Part shown: positions 1-10,977 of the stretch, piece after piece
Layout: every line of letters starts with the position of its first letter
Position numbering within the stretch: the first letter of the stretch is position 1
Assembly: GCA_963769935.1 (NCBI GenBank)
Contig: CAVYNY010000018.1
Span: 160,001 to 224,000, forward strand
DNA length: 64,000 bases
Direction: 5' to 3'
Origin: an uncultured delta proteobacterium
GTDB lineage: Bacteria > Desulfobacterota > Desulfobacteria > Desulfobacterales > JAFDCJ01
Made by a program: the position numbers and the translations under genes
Notes under the pieces: generated by a model
What the model saw: only the letters and a program-made list of their open reading frames with translations
Databases searched by the model: none
What the model was told of the DNA's origin: nothing

Positions 1-1521
1 GAAAAATATGAGGTGCACCACGGGGTTCGGATCAAGGATTCGGCCATTGTGGCCGCGGCCACCCTTTCCGAACGGTATATCGCGGATCGCTTTCTGCCGG
101 ATAAGGCCATTGACTTGATCGATGAGTGTGCTTCCAAACTGCGCATCGAAATTGACAGCATGCCGGCGGAAATCGATGAAATTCAGCGCAAAATTACCCA
201 GGTGGAGATTGAACGCCAAGCGCTGAAAAAAGAAGCCGACCCGGCTTCCAGAGAGCGGCTCAAGAAATTGGAGGCCGATCTGGCCGACATGAATGATGAG
301 CTGAAGCAAATGAAAGGGCACTGGCAAAATGAAAAAGACACGATCCAGACCATCCGCAAAATAAAAGAAGAACAGGAACATCTGAACCAGGAAGCACAGC
401 TGGCGGAACGGGAGGGAAACCTGGCCAAAGTGGCCGAGATCCGCTACGGGAAGGCCACCGAACTTGCCAGACGCCTGGAGGACGCCAATCGAAAGCTCGC
501 CGAACTTCAGGCCGACAGCAAGATGCTCAAGGAAGAGGTTGATGATGAGGATGTTGCCGAGGTGATTTCCCGCTGGACGGGAATTCCGGTCAGCCGAATG
601 TTGGAAGGTGAAAGGGAAAAACTGGTGCACATGGAAGAACGGCTCCACCGGCGGGTGATCGGACAAACAGAAGCGGTCGAAGCCGTCTCCAATGCCGTAC
701 GCCGCGCACGCTCCGGTTTGCAGGACCCCAACCGTCCGATCGGATCCTTTATATTTATGGGGCCGACCGGTGTAGGCAAGACCGAACTGGCCAAAGCACT
801 GGCGGCCTTTATATTTGACAGCGAGCAGGCCATGATCCGAATCGATATGTCGGAATTTATGGAAAAGCATTCCGTTGCCCGGCTCATCGGCGCCCCGCCG
901 GGTTACGTGGGCTACGAGGAAGGCGGATACCTCACCGAAGCCGTGCGCCGGCGCCCCTACTCGGTGGTGCTTTTTGATGAAATTGAAAAAGCGCATCCGG
1001 AGGTTTTCAACGTTCTGCTTCAAATTCTGGATGACGGCCGCATGACCGACGGCCAGGGCCGCACGGTGGATTTTAAAAACACCATCGTGATCATGACGTC
1101 AAACATCGGCAGCCAATGGATACAGGAGCTGGCGGCCAGCGACCGGCCGGAAATGGAGCGGCGGGTCACCGAGGCCTTGCGGGCGCATTTTAAACCCGAA
1201 TTTTTAAACCGCATTGATGAAACAATTATTTTTCAGAACCTGTCGCCGGAACAAATTGTTGAAATTGTCGAGATTCAAATTGATAAACTGCGGGCCCGGC
1301 TGACCGCCCAGAACATCGAGCTGAAATTATCCGACAACGGCCTGAGGTTCATTGCCGATAAGGGATATGATCCCGTATACGGCGCCCGGCCGTTGAAACG
1401 GGTGATCCAGCAGTACATCGAAAACCCGCTTTCCCTGGAAATTTTAAAAGGCAACATTGCCGCAGGTAACAGGGTGAAGGCGGATATCGAAGACGGGCAG
1501 CTAATATTTAAAACCTTTTAA
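1..1521 (+). CDS. clpB: ClpB chaperone, 5'-partial
   Basis: Frame is open from base 1. Has [11 protein letters not shown], the coiled-coil M-domain, NBD2 Walker [36 protein letters not shown] and GARPLKR. Confidence 0.97.
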   Translation, partial: EKYEVHHGVRIKDSAIVAAATLSERYIADRFLPDKAIDLIDECASKLRIEIDSMPAEIDEIQRKITQVEIERQALKKEADPASRERLKKLEADLADMNDELKQMKGHWQNEKDTIQTIRKIKEEQEHLNQEAQLAEREGNLAKVAEIRYGKATELARRLEDANRKLAELQADSKMLKEEVDDEDVAEVISRWTGIPVSRMLEGEREKLVHMEERLHRRVIGQTEAVEAVSNAVRRARSGLQDPNRPIGSFIFMGPTGVGKTELAKALAAFIFDSEQAMIRIDMSEFMEKHSVARLIGAPPGYVGYEEGGYLTEAVRRRPYSVVLFDEIEKAHPEVFNVLLQILDDGRMTDGQGRTVDFKNTIVIMTSNIGSQWIQELAASDRPEMERRVTEALRAHFKPEFLNRIDETIIFQNLSPEQIVEIVEIQIDKLRARLTAQNIELKLSDNGLRFIADKGYDPVYGARPLKRVIQQYIENPLSLEILKGNIAAGNRVKADIEDGQLIFKTF

Positions 1522-1539
1522 AAAATTCATAAAGCATAG

Positions 1540-1576
1540 AATCCCGGCTTTAGGGCGGCCGGGATTTTATTTTTTT
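1540..1576 (+). terminator. Rho-independent terminator after clpB
   Basis: Stem aatcccggc/gccgggatt followed by a T-tract. Confidence 0.8.
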
Positions 1577-1694
1577 GAAAACGCCCTATTTCAGGCACTT
1601 TTTTAGGCTTTCCAAATTTAAGGTACATTTTTTATTGTAATATAAATGAACTCATCGTAATATCCCACGGATTTAACCGGGATCTTGCAAGTAT

Positions 1695-2685
1695 ATGACA
1701 CTTTCAGCCACAGAAAAACTGCGCCGCTTCTATGATCAATTTTCGGGCAATGACCAGGTTCTCATCGTGATTAATGCAGACCCGGATTCCATTGCCAGCG
1801 CCATGGCCGTCAGTAGATTGCTGTGGCGGAAAGTATCAAATGTCACCATAACCCATGTGAATGAGATCAACCGCCCGGACAATCTGGCAATGCTGCGGCT
1901 TCTGAACGTCAGCCTGGTTCCCCCTCCGAATCTCAATCTTGCCCAGTACAGCAAAAACTGTGATCGTAGATTCCCAGCCCGATCATAATGAATTCATGAA
2001 GCAGCTCAAGCCGGATGTCATCATCGATCATCACCCGGAAGCAAATGCCAAGGCGGCCTTTTTGGATATCCGGCCCACTTACGGTGCTACGGCCACCATC
2101 ATGACCGAATACCTGCTGGCGGCCAGGATAAAGCCCTCGGTAAAGCTGGCCACCGGCCTGTTCTACGCCATTAAAACCGATACCAACGCCTTTAAAGGCC
2201 AGACGCTGATCGAGGATGTGCGCGCTTTTCAGTATCTTTTCCGACATGTCAATATTCATCTGGCCCGCAAAATCGAACAGGCCGACCTCAGGCTCGAATT
2301 TTTAAAATATTTTAAAACCGCCCTGCAGACCATGCGCCTGCGAAAGGGCCGGGTCTTTGTTCATCTGGGACAGGTAGTCAATCCGGATGTCTGTGTCATA
2401 ATTGCCGATTTTTTCATGAGACTTGTTTCCGTCACCTGGAGTATTGTATCCGGCACCTATGATAAAAAACTCATCGTCATATTCAGAAACGACGGCATTC
2501 GAAAAAATGCCGGCAATGTCGCCAAAGAAAGTTTCGGTCAATTCGGCTCCGCGGGAGGGCACATGAACATGGCGCGGGCTGAAATTGCATTGACCGACCT
2601 GACGCAGCAGGTTGACTGCAAGGATGAAAAGAAGCTTTTGCTATGGCTGATTAACCGGGTGGAAAAACGCGCCGGCAAGAAGTAA
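1695..2685 (+). CDS. DHH family phosphoesterase, one frameshift near 1930-1960
   Basis: ORF1 has ADPDSIASA. Overlapping ORF2 has IVDSQ, IIDHH and GSAGGH (DHHA1). Confidence 0.85.
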
Positions 2686-2694
2686 AGAGAAGAA

Positions 2695-3486
2695 ATGTCA
2701 TCAGAAAAATCCGGCATAACCGTCACCATCCTCGGCTCCGGCACCTGTGTGCCTTCGCTGCAGCGCAGTTCGTGTTCGGTTTTAATGTGCATCGGCGCCA
2801 ACCGGCTTCTTTTTGACTCCGGCCCGGGCACCCTCCGAAGGCTGCTTGAGGCGGGCACAACTATTTTTGATCTAAACTATGTCTTCTACAGTCATTTTCA
2901 CCCGGATCATACCGCGGAATTGGTTCCCTTAATTTTCGCCACCAAGTATCCGGACGGCAATCGCAGGCAGTCACCACTGACGATCACAGCTGGACGGGGA
3001 TTTGCGCATTTCTTTGCAGGACTCAAAGCCGTTTATGGAAAATGGATCGAGCTGGCCCCGGGTTTGCTCGATTTTGTAGAGTTGGACAACCGATCGAAGG
3101 ATTCCATAAATTTCCGGGGTTTTACCGTTGAGTCCACGCCGGTGGAGCACAATCCGGAAAGCATTGCCTACCGGATCACGAGTGCCGAAGGGAGCACGGT
3201 TGTTTACAGCGGCGATACGGACTACAGCGAAAATCTCATCGAGTTGGCCAAGGGAGCGGATCTTTTGATCTGCGAATCGGCACAGCCGGACAGTTTGCAG
3301 GTAAAAGGGCACCTGACGCCGTCGTTGGCGGGTGAGACGGCAACCCGGGCCGGTGTGCGCAAACTGGTGCTCACGCATTTTTATCCTGATTGTGAGGGTG
3401 TGGACCTGGCGCAGGAATGCCGCCAAACCTACAGCGGCCCGTTGATCCTGGCCGAAGATCTGATGCAGATAGAAGTTATTCGTTAA
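2695..3486 (+). CDS. MBL-fold metallo-hydrolase, RNase Z-like
   Basis: ILGSGT, SHFHPDH, YSGDT, GHLT and LTHFYP motifs. Confidence 0.88.
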   Translation: MSSEKSGITVTILGSGTCVPSLQRSSCSVLMCIGANRLLFDSGPGTLRRLLEAGTTIFDLNYVFYSHFHPDHTAELVPLIFATKYPDGNRRQSPLTITAGRGFAHFFAGLKAVYGKWIELAPGLLDFVELDNRSKDSINFRGFTVESTPVEHNPESIAYRITSAEGSTVVYSGDTDYSENLIELAKGADLLICESAQPDSLQVKGHLTPSLAGETATRAGVRKLVLTHFYPDCEGVDLAQECRQTYSGPLILAEDLMQIEVIR

Positions 3487-3494
3487 TAACGATA

Positions 3495-4151
3495 ATGCGC
3501 TACTACCCTATACACTTAGACATTCAGAACACAAATTGTCTGGTTGTCGGCGGCGGCGGCGTGGGAACGCGCAAAGTTTTCACGCTGCTGAATTGCGGCG
3601 CCAAAGTCACCGTTGTCAGTCCCGACATCTCGGAACAACTGCGTGAGCTTGCGGTATCCCCCTCCCTGACGCTGAAGCAACGTCCCTATCAATCCGGCGA
3701 TCTGGAGGGAATGTTTCTGGTCATCGGAGCCACCGATGATGAGACGTTAAACCGACAAATCAGCACGGACGCCAAACAGCGCGGATTGTTGTGCAACATT
3801 GCCGATCGTCCCGCAATCTGCAACTTTATTCTGCCTTCGATCGTTCAAAGAGATGATTTGATATTCACAATTTCCACATCCGGCAGGAGCCCGGCCCTGG
3901 CAAAAAAGTTGCGCCAATCGCTTGAAGCCCTATTCGGTGAAGAATATGGCGTTTTTCTGAAACTCATGGGAGGCATACGCAAAAAACTGTTAAGCCGGTC
4001 CCATGAACCCGAAGCCCATAAACCCATTTTTGAGCAGCTGATCAACAGCGATCTGATTGCATTGATTCGGGAAAAGAAAACAAAGGACATTGATGCATTG
4101 CTTTTTAACGTATTAGGGGATGGGTATCGTTTTGAGCAATTAATGAAATAG
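3495..4151 (+). CDS. sirC: Precorrin-2 dehydrogenase / sirohydrochlorin ferrochelatase (SirC/Met8p-like)
   Basis: YYPIHL, VVGGGGVGTRK, NIADRP..CNF and ISTSGRSPALAK; lies upstream of ccsA-hemA. Confidence 0.88.
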   Translation: MRYYPIHLDIQNTNCLVVGGGGVGTRKVFTLLNCGAKVTVVSPDISEQLRELAVSPSLTLKQRPYQSGDLEGMFLVIGATDDETLNRQISTDAKQRGLLCNIADRPAICNFILPSIVQRDDLIFTISTSGRSPALAKKLRQSLEALFGEEYGVFLKLMGGIRKKLLSRSHEPEAHKPIFEQLINSDLIALIREKKTKDIDALLFNVLGDGYRFEQLMK

Positions 4152-4309
4152 TGAGGGTTTCATAGGTTCAGGGTTTACCGTTCGAGGCTATATGTTTAAA
4201 AATTGACTGGTTATGAATTAGCAATCCAGGAGCGGACAAGAGGTCTTTGGTATTGGATATCTGACGCTAAAACTTTGGTTCGGAAAATTCAATAAAATGC
4301 GCAGCATAA

Positions 4310-4408
4310 TAAATTTATATGCCGAACCTTCAATCTAACAACTTTATTCAATCAATTCTACAGAACCGATTCAAACTCCGAAGGTGCCATTTACAGGGCG
4401 GATAAATA
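4310..4408 (-). repeat. Degenerate copy of the ~97-bp MITE-like element
   Basis: Reverse complement begins tatttatccgccctgtaaatggcac and ends ttgttagattgaaggttcggcatataaattta, resembling both ends of the copies at 42798 and 58682. Confidence 0.55.
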
Positions 4409-5225
4409 TGGAAATTTTGCTAATATCGACCATTCTGTTTTACATGCTCAGCAGTGCTGCATATGGCGCGTATTTGTTTCTGCAAAAAAACTATTGGCAG
4501 CTCTGCGGCTATTTTATTCTGATGGCCGGATTTATATTTCAAACGGCATGCTTATTTATGGAATCGCCACACCGGTCACATTCCGGTCGGCAATTTGCAC
4601 GAAACCCTCTTCTTGGCAGGCTGGGCGGTTGCCGGTGTTTTTGTGATCGATTCAAGTAAATTCAACCTGAAAATATTAGGGATATTTGCTGCCCCGCTGG
4701 CAACGCTGATCATGTTGTTGTTGCGCTGCTGCCCAACGAGCCGGTGCAGACAACGAAGATATTCGAAAGTTTCTGGTTGGTTTCCCACGTGATCGCAATC
4801 TTTATCGGCGAGGCCGGTTTTGCCCTGGCAGCGTGGTCTGGGATTTTTTATCTAATCCAGGAAAGCGCAATTAAAACCAAAAAGACACCGGTTCTTTTTT
4901 AAACGCTGCCGTCGCTGGAGCTGCTGGATGCCACCGGATATGCTTGCATCATGGTTGGATTTACGCTGCTTACCCTGGGGCTCATCACCGGTTTTGTATA
5001 CGCCAAATCGGTCTGGGGGCGATTCTGGAGCTGGGACCCTAAAGAAGTCTGGTCCGGAGTTACCTGGCTTTTTTATGCGGTTTTCTGCATGAAAGGCTCA
5101 CCGTCGGATGGCGCGGTCGCCGCTCGGCCATTATGGCAATTGTCGGATTGGGGGTGTTGATCTTTCACTTTCTGGGCGTCAACTTGTTGCTGGAAGGGCA
5201 TCATGCCGAGTTCACCAAGCTCTGA
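4408..5225 (+). CDS. ccsA: Cytochrome c assembly protein CcsA/HemX-like, several frameshifts
   Basis: Fragments in changing frames: [37 protein letters not shown] and GWRGRR. Lies between sirC and hemA. Confidence 0.85.
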
Positions 5226-5310
5226 AATTCGATTGAAGAGTTGATCAACTGAAAATAACTGCAATTTTAATTTACTTCAATTTCTATCATCATGATTAAG
5301 CGTGCATGCT

Positions 5311-6581
5311 ATGCACGATATCATCCTAATGGGAATAAATCATAAGACCGCTCCGGTGGAGCTGAGAGAGTGTATCGCTTTTGCAGCCGAAGAGTCCCAG
5401 GAGGCCCTTCAAACCCTTCGCCACCAACCCCATATAAATGAAGTGCTTCTGGTTTCTACCTGCAACCGGGTTGAACTCTTATTTACGACAGATAATAAAT
5501 CCCAGTCAATTTCAGACGACCAAAGACATTTATTGCCGAATTTAACAAAATCCCGATCGAGCAGTTTAACGATGCCCTCTATATCCATGAAGGCGATGAC
5601 GCGGTGCGTCATGTATTCAGAGTCGCTTCCAGTCTGGATTCCATGGTGGTCGGCGAGCCCCAGATTCTCGGCCAGATGAAGGAGGCCTATCGCATCGCCA
5701 CCCAGATTCAAAACATCCGGGGTTATCCTAAATCGTCTGCTGCACCGAACATTTTTTGTGGCCAAAAGAATTCGCACGGAAACCGGTATCGGCGACCGGG
5801 CGGTATCCATCAGCTATGCTGCGGTGGAGCTGGGACGCAAAATATTCGGCAACCTGGCCGGCAAAAGCCGTACTGCTGGTGGGTGCCGGAGAAATGGCGG
5901 AGTTGGCCGTCGAACACCTGATCCGCAATAAAGCGGATGATATTTGGGTTGCCAACCGCACTTTTGAAAATGGCGTCGAACTGGCCAAAAAATTTAACGG
6001 AAACGCCATCCGTTTCGAAGAAATATACAAACTGCTTGGAATCCATAGACATTATAATCAGTTCAACAGGCTCGCCGGATTTTGTGATAACCCGCGACCA
6101 GGTAAAAGGCGTTATCCGCAAACGGCGCAATCGGCCGATTTTTTTTATCGATATCGCTGTTCCCCGGGATATTGATCCCCGGATCAACCGGCTGACAAAC
6201 TCGTACGTTTATGATATTGACGACTTGCAGGGAGTCGTTGACGATAACATCGAAGATCGCCAGCAGGAAGCCGTCAAAGGTGAACGAATCATTGATGAAG
6301 CGGTCATCAGCTTCCGGCAGTGGTATGAAAGTTTGGAGGTGGTGCCGACAATTATCGCGCTGAGAAAAAAAATGGAATCCATTGCCGCCGCTGAAATTAA
6401 GAAAACACTGCAATCCAATAAGATTCCCGAATCCAGTGTTTCCGCAATTCACAAAATGACCGGCGCCCTGATCAATAAAATACTGCATGATCCGACGGTT
6501 TTTCTAAAAAAAGACGGGATGGTCAAAGAAAAGTCGGTCTATATTGATACCATAAGAAAAATTTTTAAACTGGATGAATAA
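5311..6581 (+). CDS. hemA: Glutamyl-tRNA reductase, about four frameshifts
   Basis: [40 protein letters not shown] and IDIAVPRDI, spread over several frames. Confidence 0.93.
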
Positions 6582-6596
6582 ATTGAAGGAAATAAA

Positions 6597-7531
6597 ATGA
6601 AAAAAATCGCTTTTCTCTTCCCCGGTCAAGGCTCCCAGAGTGTGGGGATGGGTGAAGAATTTTACCGTGAATATGACATTGTCCGCGAAATTTTCGATAT
6701 GGCCGAGGAAATTACCCGGCTCAACATTTCCAAACTGTGCTTCAAGGGTCCCATGGAAGATTTGACCATGACGGTGAACCTTCAGCCGGCTGTCACGGCA
6801 GTGAACCTTGCCTGTTTGGCCGTGCTTGAAAAAGAAAACATTGCCTATCAATTCTGCGCCGGGCACAGCCTGGGTGAATTCAGCGCCCTTTGTGCGGCAG
6901 GAGTTAACGAAAAAGAAGACACCTTCCGCCTGGTGTTTAAAAGAGGTGAATTAATGCACCGCGAGGCCGGCCAGCATCAGGGTGCAATGAATGCGATTGT
7001 GGGGCTGCCGATCGACGAAGTCGCAGAACTTGTCTCCAAGGTTCAAATGGATGGAATTGTATCGGTTGCCAACCACAATACCCAATTGCAGATTGTGATA
7101 ACCGGCGCCCCGCCGTCGGTTGACCGGGTTTCATCTCTGGCCGTTGCCAAAGGGGCCAAGTCTGTTCCGCTGAAAGTAAGCGGTGCCTGGCACAGCGAAC
7201 TGATAAAAGGTGCTGTGGCCGAATTCAAAGAATATCTTGACACGATCGCATTTGAGCCCCTCAAAAAAAAGTATTCTTCAATGTCACGGCGGATGTGGAG
7301 GAAAATCCGGCGGAAATTCGGGAAATAATGGCCCGTCAATTATGCAGTCCCGTGCACTGGTATGACACAATGAACAAAATGATGGCTGAAAACGTAGACG
7401 TATTCGTTGAGGTCGGCCCCGGCCGGGTGCTCGCCGGACTGTTAAAAAAGATCCTGCCAAAGGATTATCCGGCCAAAGTGTATAACTTCGCCAACTTGAA
7501 ACAGCTTGAAGCATTGATCAATGAAATTTGA
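6597..7531 (+). CDS. fabD: Malonyl-CoA:ACP transacylase, frameshift in the A-run at ~7263-7270
   Basis: FPGQGSQ, GHSLGE and VSGAWHS; C-terminal EVGPGRVL is in the next frame. Confidence 0.93.
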
Positions 7532-7664
7532 TGAAAAAATTTTTATTTTACTCTTTACAAGAATCTAAGGCTATGCTAATCAATAGAGCTTTTAAAAAGT
7601 AAGCTATACAAAACGGCATAAATTATGATGCTGTGAATCATTAAAATTTCATGAGGTCCAGGTC

Positions 7665-8026
7665 ATGAAAAAGAAAGATAAGGAATTCTTCAGGAAATAT
7701 CTCTCCGAACGTTTGGAGGAGCTTTTAAATCAGGCAGACAACACGGTCTCCGGCATGACCGAGACCAAGGAAAACTTTCCCGATCCAACGGATCGTGCGG
7801 CGCTGGAGGCGGACCGCAATTTTATGCTGCGAATCCGTGACCGGGAAGCCAAACTGATAAAAAAAATTAAAGAGGCCTTGGAACGGATTGAAAATGATAC
7901 GTATGGAATCTGCGAATCCTGCGGCGAAGATATTACTCTCAAAAGACTCAAAGCCGACCGGTGACCACGCAGTGCATCGAATGTAAATCCAAAGAGGAGG
8001 CTTTAGAGAAAGCCCTTGGATTATAA
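7665..8026 (+). CDS. dksA: RNA polymerase-binding protein DksA, frameshift near 7955
   Basis: FPDPTDRA and YGICESCGE; shifted frame continues RPVTTQCIECK..KALGL*. Confidence 0.92.
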
Positions 8027-8909
8027 TAAGTATGTAGGCATCGACCTTCATATTCACACTACAGCTTCCGACGGCACCCTGACCCCGGCGGAAGTTGTCT
8101 CCCAAGCCGACCGACTTAAGTTAAAAGCGATTGCTATCACGGATCATGATACCGTCGCCGGTTCAATAGAAGCTTTACGCTGCGGCATTCCTCATTCTCT
8201 TGGCTTTCTAACCGGTGTCGAAATCAGTGCGGCGCCTCCTCCGTTTTATCCAGGTTCCGGAAGTTTCCATTTGCTGGGCTATTCAATCCGTCTCGATGAT
8301 TCGCAGCTCAATCAATCCTTGGCAGAGCTGCGGCTGGCCAGAAAAAATCGCAATCCGGCGATTATACGCCGGCTAAATGAGTTGGGAATCCCACTGACCC
8401 TGGATGACGTCCGTAAAGAAGCTGGCGCGGGTCAACTGGGAAGACCTCACATCGCCCAGGCCATGATTAAAAAAGGCGTGGTCGCCGCCATAGATGAAGC
8501 GTTTGATAAATTTTTAGGAACAGGCCGACCGGCTTATGTAACTAAATACCGCCTGGAATGCAGCCAGGTGATAGAAAATATTCTGGGGGCCGGAGGCATT
8601 CCGGTTCTGGCACATCCGGGTTTGTTGGACTGCAGGTATGAAGACCAGTTTGATCCCTTGATCGCAGGCCTAAAGGAGATGGGAATCCAGGGAGTGGAAG
8701 TTTATTATTCAGAGCATACTGCCCGGCAAACCCGCCTTTTTGCTGAACTGGCGCAACGCCATAACTTATTAATGACGGGCGGCACCGACTTCCACGGCGC
8801 CATTCAACCGGAAATAAAAATGGGATCGGGCTCAGGAAATCTGATCGTCCCTTACGAATTGTATGAAAAGTTAATTCAACATGGAAGCAAGAGATCCGGT
8901 AGGTATTGA
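8016..8909 (+). CDS. PHP domain phosphoesterase (TrpH/YciV-like)
   Basis: DLHIHTTASDG, ITDHD, GRPHIA, LAHP and GGTDFHG. Confidence 0.9.
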   Translation: MDYNKYVGIDLHIHTTASDGTLTPAEVVSQADRLKLKAIAITDHDTVAGSIEALRCGIPHSLGFLTGVEISAAPPPFYPGSGSFHLLGYSIRLDDSQLNQSLAELRLARKNRNPAIIRRLNELGIPLTLDDVRKEAGAGQLGRPHIAQAMIKKGVVAAIDEAFDKFLGTGRPAYVTKYRLECSQVIENILGAGGIPVLAHPGLLDCRYEDQFDPLIAGLKEMGIQGVEVYYSEHTARQTRLFAELAQRHNLLMTGGTDFHGAIQPEIKMGSGSGNLIVPYELYEKLIQHGSKRSGRY

Positions 8910-9570
8910 ACAGAGATTACACTATGAGTTCAATGACAAAGATCTACTGCAGGAAGCCCTGCGACACAGTTCCTATGTCAATGAACTTGCGGATCCGCAG
9001 CTGCGTGATAACGAACGCCTCGAATTTCTGGGAGATGCGGTCTTAAATCTTATCATCGGCCACATTCTCATGCAGCGCTACCCGGAGTTAAAGGAAGGCG
9101 ACCTTTCCAGAAACCGCGCCAATCTGGTTAACGAAACCCGGCTTGCCAAAATAGCCCGCTCGTTTGAACTGGGATCATTTATTCAGCTCGGCAAAGGAGA
9201 AATGCAAACCCTTGGCCGTGAAAAAAATTCAATCCTGGCCGATACCTTTGAGGCTTTGATGGCGGCCATCTTTCTGGATGGCGGATTCGATACGGCCTAC
9301 CAAATCATCAAGACGAATTTCCAGCCTTTGATAGCGCATTTGGATACCACCGCCAATAATTTTGATTATAAGAGCCAGCTGCAGGAAAAAGTGCAGGTCG
9401 AGCATGGCGTGATGCCCGAATACAACATCATCCGCGAAGACGGTCCGGATCATGATAAAACTTTCTGGATTTCGCTGAAGGTACTCGATATCGATACCCA
9501 GGGCAGCGGAAAAAGTAAAAAAGCAGCCGAGCAGGACGCCGCCCGCCGGGCGCTTGAAATTCTGAATTAA
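8881..9570 (+). CDS. rnc: Ribonuclease III
   Basis: NERLEFLGDAVL signature; dsRBD DYKSQLQE..SKKAAEQ. Confidence 0.97.
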   Translation: MEARDPVGIEQRLHYEFNDKDLLQEALRHSSYVNELADPQLRDNERLEFLGDAVLNLIIGHILMQRYPELKEGDLSRNRANLVNETRLAKIARSFELGSFIQLGKGEMQTLGREKNSILADTFEALMAAIFLDGGFDTAYQIIKTNFQPLIAHLDTTANNFDYKSQLQEKVQVEHGVMPEYNIIREDGPDHDKTFWISLKVLDIDTQGSGKSKKAAEQDAARRALEILN

Positions 9571-9577
9571 GAGTCTT

Positions 9578-9800
9578 GATACTGGCTACTGGATGCTGGA
9601 TACTCGTTATTGGAAACTTCGGCTCTCGATTTCCATATGAATGCCTCCAAGAAAAATAGCATAAAAATCGGTTTCCAAAAATTGGAACCCGGAAACCAGC
9701 CCCCGGCAGCCGGAAATCAGAAGCAAGCAGCCTGCAGCCAGAATCCAGAATCCAATATCAAGCATCCAGTATCCAGCAGCCAGCAGCCAGCAGCCGGAAA
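9578..9800. repeat. Inverted 7-nt-period arrays (GGATRCT / CCAGYAT-CCAGCAG)
   Basis: gatactggctactggatgctggatact at 9578; complementary ccagaatccagaatcc..agcatccagtatccagcagccagcagccag at 9738-9795. Confidence 0.7.
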
Positions 9801-10851
9801 CCGCCCCTTCATCATCCCCATCTTCCTACCCCACGCCGGCTGCCCTCATCGATGTGTTTTTTGCAATCAGGTATCGATTACAGGTGCGGCACAAGGAGCT
9901 GCCGAAGCAAATCAAATCCGTTCCCGAATTCAAGAATTTTTGAATTATAAAACCCAGCTGCGGAAACCCGTACAGATTTCATTTTTCGGCGGCAATTTTC
10001 TAGGACTGAAAATTGATGAGATTCAATGTCTTCTGGCGCTGGCCGCCGAGTTTGTCCAGCAGGGAGTCGTGGACAGCATCCGGTTTTCTACGCGCCCGGA
10101 CACCGTTGACCGAGAGCACCTGGATGTAATTGCCGATTATCCGGTCGCTACGGTAGAACTCGGTGTTCAATCGATGATTGACCCCGTACTGGCCCTGGCC
10201 CAGCGAGGACACACGGCCACGGATACGGTCCGGGCAGTTGAAAGGCTTAAAGCACGACACTACAGCATCGGTTTGCAAATGATGGTTGGACTGCCGGGAG
10301 ACGATGAATCCTTGTCGCTGAAAACCGCCCGCAAAATCGCCGGCCTGCAACCGGATTTTGTCCGCATATACCCTACGATAGTTGTGAAAAACAGCCTGCT
10401 TGCCGGGTGGTATTCCAATGGAACTTATACTCCGCTTTCCCTGGATGCTGCCGTGACGCAGGTGAAAAGCCTTTATCTGTATTTTAAGAAAAACAATATT
10501 CAGATCATCCGGATGGGACTGCAGGCTTCTGCGGATCTGGCGGATGGATCAACGGTGTTGGCGGGTCCTTATCATCCGTCCTTCGGCCATATGGTGTATT
10601 CGGAAATCTTTCTGGACGCAGCGTGTATAGCGGTAAAAACTGCCAATCCCGCCGGACCCAAGATCAGCATTTTTGTCAATCCGCGTCGTATTTCCACCAT
10701 GAGGGGCCTTAATAATTCAAACGTTGAGCGCTTGAGAAGGCGGTTCGGGTTCGATCAAGTCGATATTATTCCAGATAGCTGCATTGATGCGGACAGCATA
10801 AAACTTGACAACGGAAGCCCGCTCTCATGCTTCCCATTTGAAGCTGTGTAA
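9637..10851 (+). CDS. Elp3/YhcC-like radical SAM protein, start uncertain
   Basis: IIPIFLPHAGCPHRCVFCNQ, STRPD, VELGVQS and RIYPT. Confidence 0.88.
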   Translation: MNASKKNSIKIGFQKLEPGNQPPAAGNQKQAACSQNPESNIKHPVSSSQQPAAGNRPFIIPIFLPHAGCPHRCVFCNQVSITGAAQGAAEANQIRSRIQEFLNYKTQLRKPVQISFFGGNFLGLKIDEIQCLLALAAEFVQQGVVDSIRFSTRPDTVDREHLDVIADYPVATVELGVQSMIDPVLALAQRGHTATDTVRAVERLKARHYSIGLQMMVGLPGDDESLSLKTARKIAGLQPDFVRIYPTIVVKNSLLAGWYSNGTYTPLSLDAAVTQVKSLYLYFKKNNIQIIRMGLQASADLADGSTVLAGPYHPSFGHMVYSEIFLDAACIAVKTANPAGPKISIFVNPRRISTMRGLNNSNVERLRRRFGFDQVDIIPDSCIDADSIKLDNGSPLSCFPFEAV

Positions 10852-10977
10852 AGAATCCTGGCCCGAATGGCCGGCATTGACTTCACCCCAGCTTCCGGCT
10901 CGTAGAGCCTACAGCTCGGAGAGAGAGGTGGTTTTGGCCGTCGGATACCCCATGGAATGATGGAATGATGGAATATT

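Noticed and set aside
7255..7275. Programmed frameshift at the A-run in fabD
   Set aside because: It lies in an indel-rich zone, and a homopolymer error is the simpler explanation.
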